A stretch of DNA of 64,000 nt from Callorhinchus milii (lineage: Eukaryota): the NCBI RefSeq assembly GCF_018977255.1, contig NW_024704742.1, forward strand, positions 105,650,001 through 105,714,000. Direction: 5' to 3'. The first letter of the stretch is position 1. Each line of letters opens with the position of its first letter. The notes beneath the pieces were generated by a model. It ran no database searches. It was not told where the DNA came from and saw only the letters and a list, made by a program, of their open reading frames with translations. Of this stretch, positions 1-13,599 are shown piece after piece. A program made the position numbers and the translations under genes.

Positions 1-299
1 CTGATTTAACTGAGCTGTTGGATTGAGATTTCATTGTTGATGTGAGTATCAGTGTTCGGAGCTGTGGAACTTCTATCTGGCTTGTGCTTTGGAAGTGCGA
101 ATCATGATCTATCCCCCTGCGAGTTAGTAACAATCTGTATTGCAACACTGCAGAGTGCTTGTGGAGCCAGGTGGAATTTTCCTCAATGGATGTGTTGTGC
201 CAGATTACAGGTGTGTGTATCCAAAACCAATTCCTATTTGGAGATCTTAAAACCGGCCTCATCGACAGTGGATATAGTATTTATTATACTATAGTACCT

Positions 300-545
300 A
301 GGCCCCCTCCACTCCACTACAGGCAGCCATGCTTTCAGCCACTAAACCCTCAACTCCCTACCTCAATCCGTCCACTTTGCCTCCTCCCGGACCATTTTAG
401 GATCACACCTAAAGATCTTTCTTTTCGACTGTGCCTACAGTCATCTTCCTTCTTTTCCTGGATTCGCATTAAGCTCAGCGACTGTTAATCCCTCTGAGAC
501 GCTACCCCACATGACAGGTGCTACATAAATCTAAGTTGTTGCTGT
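300..545 (+). mobile_element. L2 LINE 3' end fragment
   Basis: Same C-rich 3' region and ...gctacataaatctaagttgttg tail as the longer L2 copies at 970-1745 and 51279-51938. Confidence 0.7.
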
Positions 546-969
546 ACTTCCACAGTACATGTGCAGCAAACATGGGTGAGCTTGGAAGTAAATAAAGTGA
601 AATTTCTGTAGTAACTTTTGTCTTTAAAACGTATAAAAATCTTATGTAGGTTTCACTGGTTCTTTTCTAGATGACTTTTGGCATTGATCCATAATTGCCG
701 TCGTTCTCATTCTGTTTGAGTTGCATATAGAATGATAGTGGATTTGTCCCAATGGACATCCTCCTAAGAACATGGGAAACTTATTAGGATACATATCAGC
801 AGAAATAATCTTATACCATGTGGAACCTAGTGATTGAGAAAAGGTCACCCATGGAACCAACTGGCTGGAAATAGATAATCGAATTGTGGGGAAAAACAGA
901 TATTTTGTAGTTTTTCTTGATTGGCTTTCGAGATAAATGAGCATTTATGCACAATTGTCCCGAGGAGAT

Positions 970-1745
970 TAAATAGTTACAAGAACAACAAGAACAACAA
1001 AATTACATTTATTGAGCGCCTTTCACGTCGGGAGGACGTTCCAAGGCGCTTGGTAGCTGGGTCAGGACCCGAGCATGGGGGAGGGGTGGGGTAGGGGTAA
1101 GGAAAGACAGAGAGGTGGGAGGGCGACTGAAGGCATGATCAAAGAGCAGAGTCTTGAGACCAGCATTGAAGGAGGCAAGGGAGGAAGTGAGAAGGGAGTG
1201 TGGGATGGAGTTCCAGAGTGTGGGGGTAGAGAAGCTGAAAGCTCGACCACCGATGGTAGGGCGGGTCGGGCGGGAGACATGGAGCAGGCTGGAGCCCGCT
1301 GAACAGAGGGAACAGGCAGGTTGATAGAGAGTCAGCAGGTCAAAGAGGTAAGAGGTCAAAGTGAAGACAAGGTTCTTGAATTCGATCCTCTGAGGGATGG
1401 GTAGCCGGTGGAGTCAGGCAAGGGTGGGAGTGATGGGGTCACGGAGCCTGATGCGTGAGAGTACGCGAGCTGCAGAGTTTTGGATGATCTGCCACCTGTG
1501 AAGGGAAGAGTTGGGAAGGCTGATAGTCGAGTCTTGATGTGACGAATGCGTGGGTGATGGTTTCGGCAGCCTGAGGGGTGAGGCAGTAGCGGAGTCTGGC
1601 AAAGTTGCGGAGGTGGTGTTAGGCAGTGCCAGTCATGGCGCGGATGTGGGGGAGAAAGGACAGTTCAGGGTCGAACAAGACACCGAGGTTCCTGACTGGC
1701 TTAGTGAGGTTGAGTGTGTAGCCATAGAGGCTGTTACAGTGGAGC
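970..1745 (-). mobile_element. L2 LINE 3' fragment (end of ORF2 plus tail), degraded
   Basis: Minus-strand frames give ...LHRWQIIQNSAARVLSRIRLRDPITPTLA and GGRAFSFSTPTLWNSIP, typical of the L2 ORF2 C-terminus; ends in a (TTG)n-like tail. Confidence 0.85.
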
Positions 1746-1746
1746 C

Positions 1747-2450
1747 TGTTAATAATTTGACAATTGGTGGTAAAAATGTGGTGTTTATTTTATAAAACAA
1801 ACAGTAAAGCTCACCATCTATAATTAACTTTATGACATACGACACAGATATATGAAACAAGCACGTATCCAGACACTGTTCTGTACTCCAGACAGAACAA
1901 TAGTACTGAGAGTACAGGGACGACAACACATATCCAGGTTCTGTTTCGTACTCCAGACCAAACAGTAAACCTGGGGTCACACTTTGAAGTATACTGAGGA
2001 GATCAGCCCCTGGACATACCCCTCAGAGACAACTGACTCTCGTAATACCAACACTAAACAGGGACAGGCGTCCAGTGAACCCTTGGACCCAACCAGTCAT
2101 ACAGATCAGTATTCAATCGACAATGGTAACACCAAATCACAGAGATTGGCTCCAATAAACTCAACAGACATAACCAGCTATTAGCCCAGCACCTAACTTG
2201 TACTGCCAAACCTGACTTCTGGGTTTCCCCGGACTAACCACTACTACTGTTATTACTTCCCTGCCTTGCAAACAGATCCAAAACCATATTACCTACTATT
2301 CCTCTTTCACTACTAATAGTCACTTTCTTACTGGAGATAAATTCCCTCACCCCTGTACATAAACATTGATACAGTAGAATTGATATTGATTCCACTGATC
2401 TTCTGAAATGCGCTGATCTTCTACACAACTCCAACTATTCCAAAGTTACA
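1747..2450 (-). mobile_element. Possible solo LTR or unclassified insertion
   Basis: Begins abruptly where L2 similarity stops, starts TGTTAAT and could end GTTACA at about 2450; minus-strand AATAAA near 1785. No target-site duplication found; right boundary uncertain. Confidence 0.3.
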
Positions 2451-4134
2451 TCTTTTATGTGTTTCTAACTCCACCTTCCCTGGTCACAGAGACAGCTCCC
2501 ACCCTTCAAGGCTGCTTTGCACAGAGAGAGATTTGGACAACTTCTGGGCAGCCTTCCACAGTCTGCTTGTTTCTCAGCCTTGAGATAGGCAGGTGTCTGA
2601 GGCTGCAGTCTTTCCTTTCTGTGGTCCATTGTTCTTACAACTATACTCAAGGACCCGATTGTGCATTATCTCAGAGGAGTGAACATCTTCCCAGGAAAAT
2701 ATGAAATGTAATCAGAAACTAACCTCAGCACATCCAGCAAAGCTACTTTTAACATTTAACTATCAAACCTTCTGGAATATTTAGTTGCTGTTTGAAATAT
2801 CCTAATGTATCCTGAGGTGAAAGTCAATAGATTTCAACAAGCCCATCAGTAAGATACATTGTACACGGTCTAGGGAAGGAATGTCTTGATGGGAGGGATG
2901 TCTTTTTCATTCTGTCTCACCTCATCAAAGTAGGTTCACTTAAGTTTGGGAACATAACTAATAACTAGTAACTGACATGTTTAACAATCATCTTCATTGG
3001 AGGGAAGCGAGCTGGGATGAACAAAGAAAGAAAGCACAAAAGAACAATAAACCACATATTGTTAAGCAACTTGGATACACAATAGAAATCTGGATGCAGT
3101 TAGATTTAGAAGCAAGAAAAAAGACACGAGGAAGTGAGACGAAATGTCATGGGGATGGTGTATGCTACAGAATTAAAATTACCACAAAGATCAGTTGATC
3201 TTGACTCTGGCTGGCACTTGAGGGGGTCTGAAGTTTACCTGCACCAGTAACTTTGAGATAGTGGCAGGAGGAGCATAGTGTGAGATGAGACAGAAACCAA
3301 CAATCAGTGGGGAATTGCAAGATGTGAAGGGAGAGCTAGGTGAGCTGTTCTTCTCTAGGTTGTAGGAATTCAGGTTAAAACTGCTAATGTTTATTTTAAA
3401 AAGCAGCTTTGCCCTTGTAAGTTGAAATATATATGGTTTGTCCCTAGGATCAGATCATTGCGTTTGTTTATTTTTTTGCTCTGTGGTACGTAGCCTCTGG
3501 TTGGTTTGGATTGCTTGCAGTCCACATAAATCAGATTTGCAGCGTTGTTAGCCCTCCTTTCTGTAAAAAGATCAGAGCGCTTTCCAGGCCAAGTGGAGTT
3601 CTGCACTGTATGACTCCATTGATTATCACTTGCCTCCAGGCAATAGAAGGAGAATGGATTGATCACAACCATAAAAAATCATCAAAAGATTTCATTCTTA
3701 ATCAAATTAGTGTTGGCATGACCTTTTCGCCCCTATCTCAGACAGTCAGCACAAAAAGCTACGTTAAAAGCAAAATGCCACTCTCTTCACATCCTCGATG
3801 CTAAATGTCAGCCTTGAAGACCAGAGGCCTTTTCCGTATCTAATTACATAGAGGCCATGTTGTTTCCTCCATATCAGGCTGTAAAATAAATTTTAGCATC
3901 ACTGCTGATCAATTGGTAAAATATCAGTGTTTGACAAATCGTGATTGTTTGAGGAGTCTGCCTCTGCTGGTATACATCGCTGCCTATCAGCAACATAGCA
4001 GAATCAGAAAATGCCATGTTTCATTTACTCTAAATCTCCCCTGTGGTCTCAGGCCAGGCACTAAGGTTGACTGACAGCACAAGCAACCGCTTGGGCCTCT
4101 GCTGGTGAGAGCGACACAAGATTTTGTATCCCTC

Positions 4135-4272
4135 TAGAGGCACAAAATTCCATCTATACTTAGCCTGCGGAAGACCATTTTGACTTAAAGTTTCAAATTG
4201 CGCAGAATTGTGGAAAATTCTCAGACACAGTTTAAAGTTGGAAACCGGTTTAAATTTAAAGGCAAAATGGCA
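4135..4272. mobile_element. Palindromic MITE-like element, internally deleted copy
   Basis: CCATTTTGACTTAAAGTTT...AAATTTAAAGGCAAAATGG inverted ends; same family as 14647-14858. Confidence 0.55.
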
Positions 4273-4449
4273 GTGTGGGTAGTATGCTCACTGAGCCAGG
4301 TGGGTCCGCAGTACACCAGAGCACTGCTGATGACAGACCACCCAGTCTGGATAATCAGAAGGACTGACCAGCTACTGGGGGTAGGGATTCTTCTCACTCA
4401 GCCTACCTCTGCGACCTCCTAACCCCGTACCAACCTGCTCGCTCCCTCC

Positions 4450-4705
4450 GATTCCCGGCAGGGCGAAACCTTGGGCAAGTTTGCTTACTCTACACACACG
4501 CCTGATAATAATCCCTCAAGAAAAAAAAATAAAATTGGTCACTTCAATCCACGACTGTTTGTGGGACACTGCTGTATACAATTGGTTGCCACATTTCGCC
4601 CACAAATATACAGTCAATTCACTTTACAGTATATTCTGTGAAGCGCTTTGAGACGTCTAGAAGAAGTGAAAAGTGCTATATCAAATGCAAGGATTATTAA
4701 TTTAT
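4450..4705 (+). mobile_element. SINE family B (tRNA head, TTGGGCAAGTTT body, L2-type tail), partial
   Basis: B-box-like CGATTCCCGG, then CCTTGGGCAAGTTT, then the shared tail ending tatatcaaatgcaaggattatt. Confidence 0.75.
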
Positions 4706-6849
4706 AATTCCAACCTATGCCTCATACTTGGCTCTTGCCAGCCTGTGCCCAATACTCTCCAAATTTAGGTAAGAACAGCATGTCCCTCTGGGAGAAAGTC
4801 CACAATGCATTCCAGACATGGGAATTTCCACGTGTAGGTGGCATAGACTTGTGGAATTCTGCCTGATTTGGATACTCTTAAGCATGGTTGCTGCATGTGG
4901 CAGACATTCAGCTGACCAAAAAAATTGTCTCACAAGCTAAGATCACGTGGAATTTTGGGCCTCATCGGGCCTTTGGCCTTTTATGCCTCCACCCTATGGA
5001 AGTCCATCCCACATTCCCTTCGCCTCGCTCCCTCCCTTGTCTCCTTCAAGCAAGCCTTCAGCTACCCTCTTTGAGCCCAACCGCAGCTCGGGTTCAAATC
5101 CCAGCGCTTTGGGACATCTTCCCGAATTGAAAGGCATTATACAAATGTAATTTTGTATTGTATGTATTGTATAGAATAATGAACTCTGAAATGTTTTGCA
5201 AGGCAATATTAACATAAAAATCAATTTAAGCTGTGCTGCACCAATTTGATGTTACCTTCAATCGTGCTATGTTAGTGCCTTATAATAGACTGTGTTGTCC
5301 TACAATGGTACTCTCCAAATGCCTTCTGACATTTAATACGTTATATTTCTTTGCAATCCATTTGGACAAGACTTCCTTAAATCTATTTCTGAGTGTTACT
5401 AGCATGTGCTTTGTTGACAACATATTTTATCCCTATTTCATTTATGCATTTTTGTGGGAAGCAATCACACTGAGGTCTAAAATGTGCCAGTTTCTAACAT
5501 GATTCTTTAATAAAGATAGTGTGAAGTAATTCTGGCTACCGGAAAGAGTGCTCGCTCCACTGCTCTCCTTATTAAAGATTCCCATGAAAAATCGCCAGAT
5601 ATTGGACCCATTATATAATGATATTTTCCGAAAATACAAAAAAACACCAGATGAGGTAGACATACCTCAGCAAGCCACAGGCACTTTTCACAGTGTACAT
5701 TGAAAGTTGCTAGATTAGTTCTGATAACCTCCCATGATCAGTGGATATATGGTTTCACACTCTCTTGAATCTCTCATCTTTACAAACACTAGAGTCTGCT
5801 AGTGGGACACCAGCCCACACCTCTCTTAGTCTTCTTTTCCTGTTTCTGTACATGGTTAATTTCCAATGGAATGCAGGACTTGGAGATAAGTGAACTTTCA
5901 GCCTTTTTATAGATTTCTTTTACAAAAAAAGGAGCTGACAACGTAAAAAAAATCACTTCTTCTCAACTCATTTTTTTTTAAGCAACATTTTATGGTAGTG
6001 ATTTATTTAACTTGAAATTGGCCAATACATTTAACAAAAGTAAATTAGAAAAGGGATCCAACGCTTTTCAAATAAATTACAAGTGTTCTTTTTTTTAATA
6101 TAAAAACAATGAATGTGGAGTTACTTGTCATTTCAATGTAAAACTCGGTGTCTTGTTAAGGATTCTGTGGGGATTGATGAAGCTTTCTTTCAACATGAAA
6201 TTCGACTAATAGCACACAGTAAGAAGGGTTTGAGGTAATGGCAATCATATGCTTGAACAAACCCAGTAACAAAGCCTGGATGCCAAAAGGGTCAGATGTA
6301 ATGTTGCCAAGGTATCGGAACAGCAGAATGAGTAATTTTCTGGGCAAAATCATACTTTGGTTTGTAATGAGCACATCGACCAGATTAGCACCCGGAGCAA
6401 TGGAAACAGCAGCTTGAAGACGTGTGCTGCAATTTGTTTGTGCTAAAGCTATGTAAATAGCTACTGCAGCTTTTAACATCTTAAAGTAACAGTCCTGTAG
6501 CAATTTAACAAAATATCACATTAGCTACAGAATAGCATTTCACAAAACTAATACCAAGTGATGTTCAGGCACACTCCTCCAGATACTACTTAAAAGGATT
6601 ATTAGAGGAAGTAAAAAAAGCAGTAGCAAAGCAGATTGTGGTCAGCAGCAAGAGGGATTGAAAGAAATTCTGTTGCTATCTCAGCACTTGACAGTGTGTT
6701 AAAGACCAGATAACTCCTTGGAAGGATAAGTTAGGAAGAGAACTTCTGGGAGATCAAGAGATGGCAGTTGTGTTAAATAGATTTTTCACATCAGTTTTCA
6801 TAAATGTAAAGCTGTGGTCATCGAATACCAGATCCATTCGTTTTGGCTC

Positions 6850-8150
6850 AGGAATTTTTAACGCAAGTCAAGCATGTGTTATAAAGAAACTCTTAAGTTG
6901 TGAATGACTGACTGCAAGGCAAGCAGACTATATTGGATGCACCCCAGGATCCTCAAGCAAATGCCAGAAGAAATAAATGAGGCTTTAGCTAATATCTTTA
7001 GGAACTCATTAGTACTGAAACTACCTGTAGACTGGAGGACCTCAAAGGTTAGTCTGGTATTCCAACAGGAATAAATTATGAGCTTGGAAATTATAGACCC
7101 GCTAGTCTAGCATCTGTGGTGGGGGGGAATATTTGAAGTATTGTATAAGCGGCTATCAGTGTTGAGCTAAAGAGCCCAGACTCACTAAGGAGCAGCCAAC
7201 GTGGATTTAGAAGCAATAAGTCATGCTTCACAAATCTTCTGGAATTCTTTGAGGAAGTAACTAAACTACTGGATGAGGTCTTTGCCGTGGGTACGATTTG
7301 CTTGGATTTTTGAAGGCATTTGATAAACTTCCAGATGTGGGACTTTTAAAGAATGTTAAAACTCACATTAGCCACAGTAGTTGGATTGAAAACTGGCTTA
7401 GCAATGGGAAGCAGAGGTGATGATAAATGGAAAAGGCTGTGATGGGGGTCAGTGACGAGCGAAGTACAGCTAGCAACTCTTCTTTACACTCTTGCTCATA
7501 AATTACTTGGAGGAGAGAGCATATACAATTTTAAAATCTGCTGATGATACCAAGCTTTTTGTCCATCAGATAAGTAATGTAAGGATGATAAATAGCGTAA
7601 AAAAACTGGACCAAATTGAGCAGATGGGCCAAGGAGAAGCAGATGGATTTAAAATTGATGCACACACGTTAATACCTATTTGAACAACAAAAATCAGTGG
7701 TCGTCTATACAAAGTGATGGGGGTGGGGTGGGGTGGGGGGCAATAGCAGAGGTAGAGATAGAAAAGTATTGGTAGCATATTGATCATTCACTGAAGGCTT
7801 CCAGTCAATGCTAAGCTACTGTCAAAAACATTAATCAACTACAAGGTTGCATCTTGAAGCATTTGACTGTACGCCAAAGGAATATTCAAACCTTCAATCA
7901 CTACGGAGTTCACATTTGGAATATTGTATGCATTTTGGGGGCACTCTACCTTCAAAAGGATATTAAAAGATTGGAGAAAGTTCAGAGAAAAAACATCAAG
8001 GACTAGTATTTAGAGTTACACAGAAACAGAAATCTTCTCCACGGAAGACAGTCGATATTGTTTTAACCATGGTATCTAGTTTTCCAAATGGGCAGCTTGA
8101 GGTTATGAGGAGAAGATCACAGAGCAGAAGTTCTCATTGGAGAAAAAAAT
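6850..8150 (+). mobile_element. Old CR1 LINE ORF2 (RT) fragment, heavily degraded
   Basis: Co-linear with the CR1 at 35527-37176: GNYRPASL, HGF..KSCFTNLLEFFEEV, LDF.KAFD and ADDTKL motifs, with stops and frameshifts. Confidence 0.8.
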
Positions 8151-8859
8151 TAGGTGGTTTGATTCAGGCCTTTAAAATGGTAAGATGGTGGAAGTAAACA
8201 AGCTATATTTGTTTTTTAGTCAGCCAGGTGTCTGACACATGTAGAAACCCATTACCATGTTTAAGAGTGTCCAAACCAAACTGAGAGGTCACGTATGTCA
8301 CCTACACATGGAAATTTCCCTATCTGGAATGGAATATGCACTCTCTTCCCAGAAGGATGCACCTTGCATACTTAATTCTGGAGACTATTAGGTTCAGGTT
8401 GGCAGGAAATTTAAGCTAGGTATGGCTGAAATGTAACCAGCTAATATCACGTAACTTGCTAATAAAAGCACTGTCTGAAAAGCTTTCTGCTGCTAGGACC
8501 ACCCTACGTGTCAATACTTTGGCCGAAGGCTGTTTAACTTACACAGTGAGAGCAGAACTGGAGGGGAGAGGTTTAAAAATAAAAAATCTAAATGAGTGCA
8601 TTGGAAGCTTTCCCCCTCTGCACAGAATAGTAGATATGGTGGAAGAGAATGTTTACAAAAGCAGTTGATGATGTGCAAAAGAACTCCTTGGCCAAATAAA
8701 TGTATTTTCTTAAAATTAGCAGGTGGTTCAAAGATAAGTCCAAATGAACAAGTATTTCACAGGACATAGGTCTGCACAATCTGATGTGAGCCAGGGTGGT
8801 GGGATTAAAATGCTTTTGTTCTATTCCTCTAGGGCCAGGGCCTATTTATGTAAAGCTTT

Positions 8860-9620
8860 CCCTGGAGATAATAATAGTTCTTACATTTGATATGGCGCCT
8901 TATCACGTTGTTGCGTTAAAGCGCTTCACAGAATATATTGTAAAGTGGATTGACTGTGTATTTTATGCGCAAAACACCGCAGCTAATTGTGCGCAGCAAT
9001 GTCCCATGAACTGTCGTGGATTGAGTGAATAAAGGTAAAGAGAGTGGGGTTAAGTCTTGGATAGGGTAGATTTTGTGTGGATTGTGATGAACTGCACTTG
9101 ATGTTCCAAAACACTTTTTCACTTCTCATGGTTTCTTATGTTCTTAGTAAAGAGGAGATATTTGTACCAATGGAATAGCTGCTCCTATTCTATCCACTCA
9201 TTTAAACCCTATAATTCTGTGCCCTGGTTCCTGGATCAATGGAGAGATAATTATTATAATCCTTGCATTTGAAATAGCACCTTATCGTGTCATTGAGACA
9301 TCGTTGGGACAAGTTTTCACAGGATTTCACTGTGATGTGTACTGACTGTGTATTCGTAAGCAAACTTGCAACCAATTTGCACACAGCAATGTCCCATAAT
9401 CAGCCATGTGACCATAATCAGTGACCAATTTTGTTTGGGAGATTGTTGGCCAGGACATTGGGAGACATTCTCTTCCTTGGTTGAGTAGCACCATAAGAAC
9501 ATCCACCTGAACAGGCACATGCAACCTTGGTTTAACGTCTCATCCAAAGGACAGCCCCTCTGATAATGCAGCATATCATTAGCACTGCATAGGCTATGTG
9601 AGTTCAAAGTCCCAATATAC
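8860..9620 (-). mobile_element. Two L2-tailed SINE copies (tail at 8860-9030; Deu-type family A at 9250-9620)
   Basis: Reverse complement of the shared tail and of the GGATGAGACGTTAAACCAAGG Deu-domain-like core. Confidence 0.75.
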
Positions 9621-10409
9621 AGAGATGACCTGCTCCCAGGCCATTACTAATGCAGCAAAGTGTTCTAGCACAGTGGCGGCCAGCCTTTTTGGATGGCCAA
9701 CAAAATAAATGTTCTTCATTCAATATTTCTTGATTTATGCCATAAATCAAAAAATATTGAATCAAGAAAAAGTTGGAAGCAAAACATAGATTGAAACCAG
9801 ACTCACCTAGACCAGTACGAATGTTCGGCAGGCCATTTCTTGATGGTTCCACGGGCTACGGGTTGGCCACCAACTCTCTTGCATAATGAAGTGATGCTTT
9901 CTCCGACATTTCCTCCCCTGCCCGAGAGTAGCACATGTAGTTCCACTTGGCACTCAGATTTACTAAACTACCAGACAAGTGCTGTGTTTCTTCCCTAATG
10001 TTGACCTGGTTACTTTTGGTTTATTTTATTAACTTTTCAACACACTTATATATTTGAAGGCTCAGATAGTTTGCATGGTTCTTCAAACATTTTAATCCTA
10101 CAAATGTGCACCGAGTGCATTAGCCAGGCTGTAAGTGCTTGTTGGTACCCCAGTAAAATATCTCCAGGTTCCTTTTTGTGTTTGCCAGCAACAGTCAAGG
10201 TCAAATTCCTCCTTGGAACCTTTCCCTCCATCTGCATCCTGTTGTGCCACTTAGTGTGCTTTAATAAAGGACAGATGCGCATGACATACTCAGATCTGTA
10301 CTCCACTCCATTTCTTACACTGATAATTGTAAAGCAAACTTTCATTCCTCGGCTCTGAAAATAGTTAACAATGTCCAGCATTACCTTTAATGTACCGTGA
10401 ACATCTAGA

Positions 10410-10780
10410 AATAATAACAATAATAATCCTTGCATTTGATATAGTGCCTTATCACATCTTCGAGATGTCTCAAAGCACTTCACAGAATATAATGTAAAGT
10501 GAATTGACTGTATTTTATGGGCGAAATGCGGCAGCCAATTGCACACAGAAATTGCGCACAGACGTGGATTGAGTGACCAAATTATTATTATTTGTTTATT
10601 TTTTGGAAGGGATTATTACCCCTGGAAAAGCGATCACCAATCAACTAATAACCGGGTTCCTACTTTCTGCAAGGTGAAAGGAGGTGTGTGGAAACTTACC
10701 CAACGTTTCACTCTGCCGGGAATCAAACCCAGGGCCCATGGCCTTTTTGGCGATTGCTCACCCATAAGCTACAGGACTCC
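10410..10780 (-). mobile_element. SINE family B, near full length
   Basis: Minus strand starts GGAGTCCTGTAGCT (tRNA-like head) and ends in the shared tail with (ATT)n. Confidence 0.8.
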
Positions 10781-12379
10781 ACAATGCTTAACAGTTATGA
10801 TAAGGAGTAGTGAACTATGCTTTATTTTCATTAACTGATAGATTCACCTTGCCTAAGCAAGATTCAAGTAAGTTATCACTTACCCACAGAGCCACAAACC
10901 ATGACTTTTCTCGATCCAGGTGTGAGGCCTTAATCTGTAAGACAATTTTGTCTTAAAATGTAAGATTGTGCAGAGTCGTGGGCATTTCTTAAATTTAGAA
11001 TTAATTTGGAACCAGGTATTCTGCAGTTCTTAAAAATAAATATTAAGATCGAAATTAAGAATTTGTCACAAATTAAGAATTTGTTTCTGATTTGCCTTCT
11101 TTTTACCCCCAGTGAATGTCAACAAGTTATTGATTCATTGCATTGTAGTTCTTCGCTAATACTGTGAAGAATTGACATGTTTCTTCTGCATTCACTAGTA
11201 ATACAAGATTAATTACTGTACCGAAATTCAGTGTCCTCCAGTCATTTGATGGCAAACAACCTTTGTCATAATACACAGCCAGTAACAGTCGTTGAAGTGG
11301 TCCATAATGCTCTCTACAGTCCCCTTTAACCAATCCTATAATATGAGGCAGTGCCTGCTTTTTTAGGGGAAGCAGATATCTCCTTCAGGGCAATACAATT
11401 CCCGACCATGCCTTCATACTCCCAAGTAAATTGGGTGGATGATTCAATGAACCGCTCTCTTCCCCCTCCCCCAGCCACCCATGAGAACTCATCTCACAGA
11501 CTATTGCCCGCCTGGCCTCATAATTGTAGCAGCATGACTCAACAGCACAAGAGATCATAAAGAAGTCAACATTTGAGAGCTGTTTGCAAAATAAATCAAG
11601 CGAGCTGTTCTCTTGCCACACATCAGTCCAAAAATATCCATTTGATCTGAAGAGCGTTATCTTGGATGTAGTTGAATACTCTGACTGTGAACAAGGCAGA
11701 GCTGACAGTTCTTCTGATTCTCCATCAACTAATTAAGAAGCAACTACATTAATGAATTGGAATGATTGGAATGTAACGTTCATCAATTGTCGACAACCCA
11801 TTTCAAGTACAGTTGGATCTCTCTTTAGACCTCTTCTCATGTCTTATCTTGTTTTGATGCCAATTTGTTCCTCTTTTCCATTGATTTTGGTCATTTCCAT
11901 GGGCAGCTCTCTGGTACCTTGGCCAAGTGGCTCGTCTTCATGTGTGAGCCCAGATAGTGAATGTCAACAGATTATTGAATCAATGCACTGTAGATCCCAG
12001 CAAAAGCTTAGATATTTGATCATTATCAGGAGGTGGAACACTAGCTTCTTTTTACCCATCCCTTGTAAAGCCATTGGGAGAACTCTCAGCAGACACTGAA
12101 TTGATGGCTTTGTGCTACACCTTGTGGGCCCTTCACCAAGTCACCTTACTCCTAAGCCCAAAGAACTGGGCACTTTAAAGTTAATGCCATTTTATCCAGT
12201 CAGATCTATCAGTTTATAATACGAGGAAAGGAAAGTTGAGCAGTGAGTTGTGAATTACCAACTAATACTGAGTAGGAGTGAGACAAAGAGAAGAATGTCT
12301 GAGATCCAGACCTGACAGGCAATGTCATCTTTACCCCCCCCCACCCCACACATACACACACACAAAGCCTTCACACAAG

Positions 12380-12510
12380 GGAGAGGGAAATAGAAGCATC
12401 CGGGAGGGATTAAGGAATGGGTAGAGATTTGTGTGGACTATAAGCACGGACTGGTCGGGCCGAGTGGTCTGTTTCCGTGCTGTACATTCTTTGTAACATC
12501 TTTGTAACTG
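12380..12510 (+). mobile_element. CR1 3' UTR fragment
   Basis: gggccgagtggtctgtttccgtgctgta...attctttgtaa is a CR1-type 3' terminal motif. Confidence 0.6.
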
Positions 12511-13599
12511 ATGTAACACTGGGGGTAGGCTTCTTGGTTTCTCATTAGCAGGTAGTATGTTACTTTGGGGAGGAAGGAAGCAAGCAAGAAACATAAAGAA
12601 AGTAAAGGATTCAAGGAGTTAGTAACAAAGCTGTATCACACCAGAGAGAGAGAGGGTTCAAGAAAGATGGCATAAAGCATCAAGCAGCTTGCATAGTTTC
12701 TATTCCAGTCTCAATGTGGAGGCAATAGCACTTGTGGACACAGTTTAGTTTTGTTTATTTTCCTTTATCTTTTCTGAGTCCTTACTTTCTGGGCTTTTCC
12801 CTCATTAGTCGCTGTGCTTTTTCATACGGCTCCAAGCCACGAGACAAAGTGTTTTAAAGCGTTATGATTCTGAACCAAGGTTGCAGTAGGGTCATCTCAC
12901 GGGAAGAAAGGGTTGTCTGAGAAATTATAGTGGTTAGCAGAGGTGTAACAACGCTTCACGTTATTATTCTTTTAATTGGGGCTTGTCGTGTTAATAGTTG
13001 GACTCCTCAGTATTCGCAGACCACTGGGGTCTAATCAGTGTCAATGACTCTGACTGTACTGAATGTTCTTTACGGTCTCCTGCATTGACACAACACTGTA
13101 AATATCAATCCAATAAAACTTTCTGTAAATACGCTTGCTTTTGAAGTGCGCTCCATGTTGTATTATAATCGCTCTCTGTTTTTTATGATTTTTTTTTAAC
13201 ACATCAATGATTGGCTTATTACATCTGTGCCATTTGGAATTCGTTTTCAACCCAACAAAGACGAGTTTTGTGACAATTGTTTCCATGCCAACCCCTTGGG
13301 AACCAAGAAGAAAAAACAGCCAGCCACGGAAAGTGTTTCAATTTATCTTTAACTTAGAGTTGACGGGGAATAAACTAAATTAAAATGAATAAAACTAGCA
13401 CAGAGAAGAGAGAGAAAAACAACATGTGAGGTCGCGTCTTGAGGAGTGGTAATAAAATATCAAAATACCCAAACTTGTGGTTTGATTTTTTTATAGTTAA
13501 ATATCAAGAATAACTTTGAGACATTTAGCGCTTTGAGATGTCCTCCCAACATAAAAGGCTCTCTATAAATATAAATGTAATCTTAGAAAATTGGTCACT

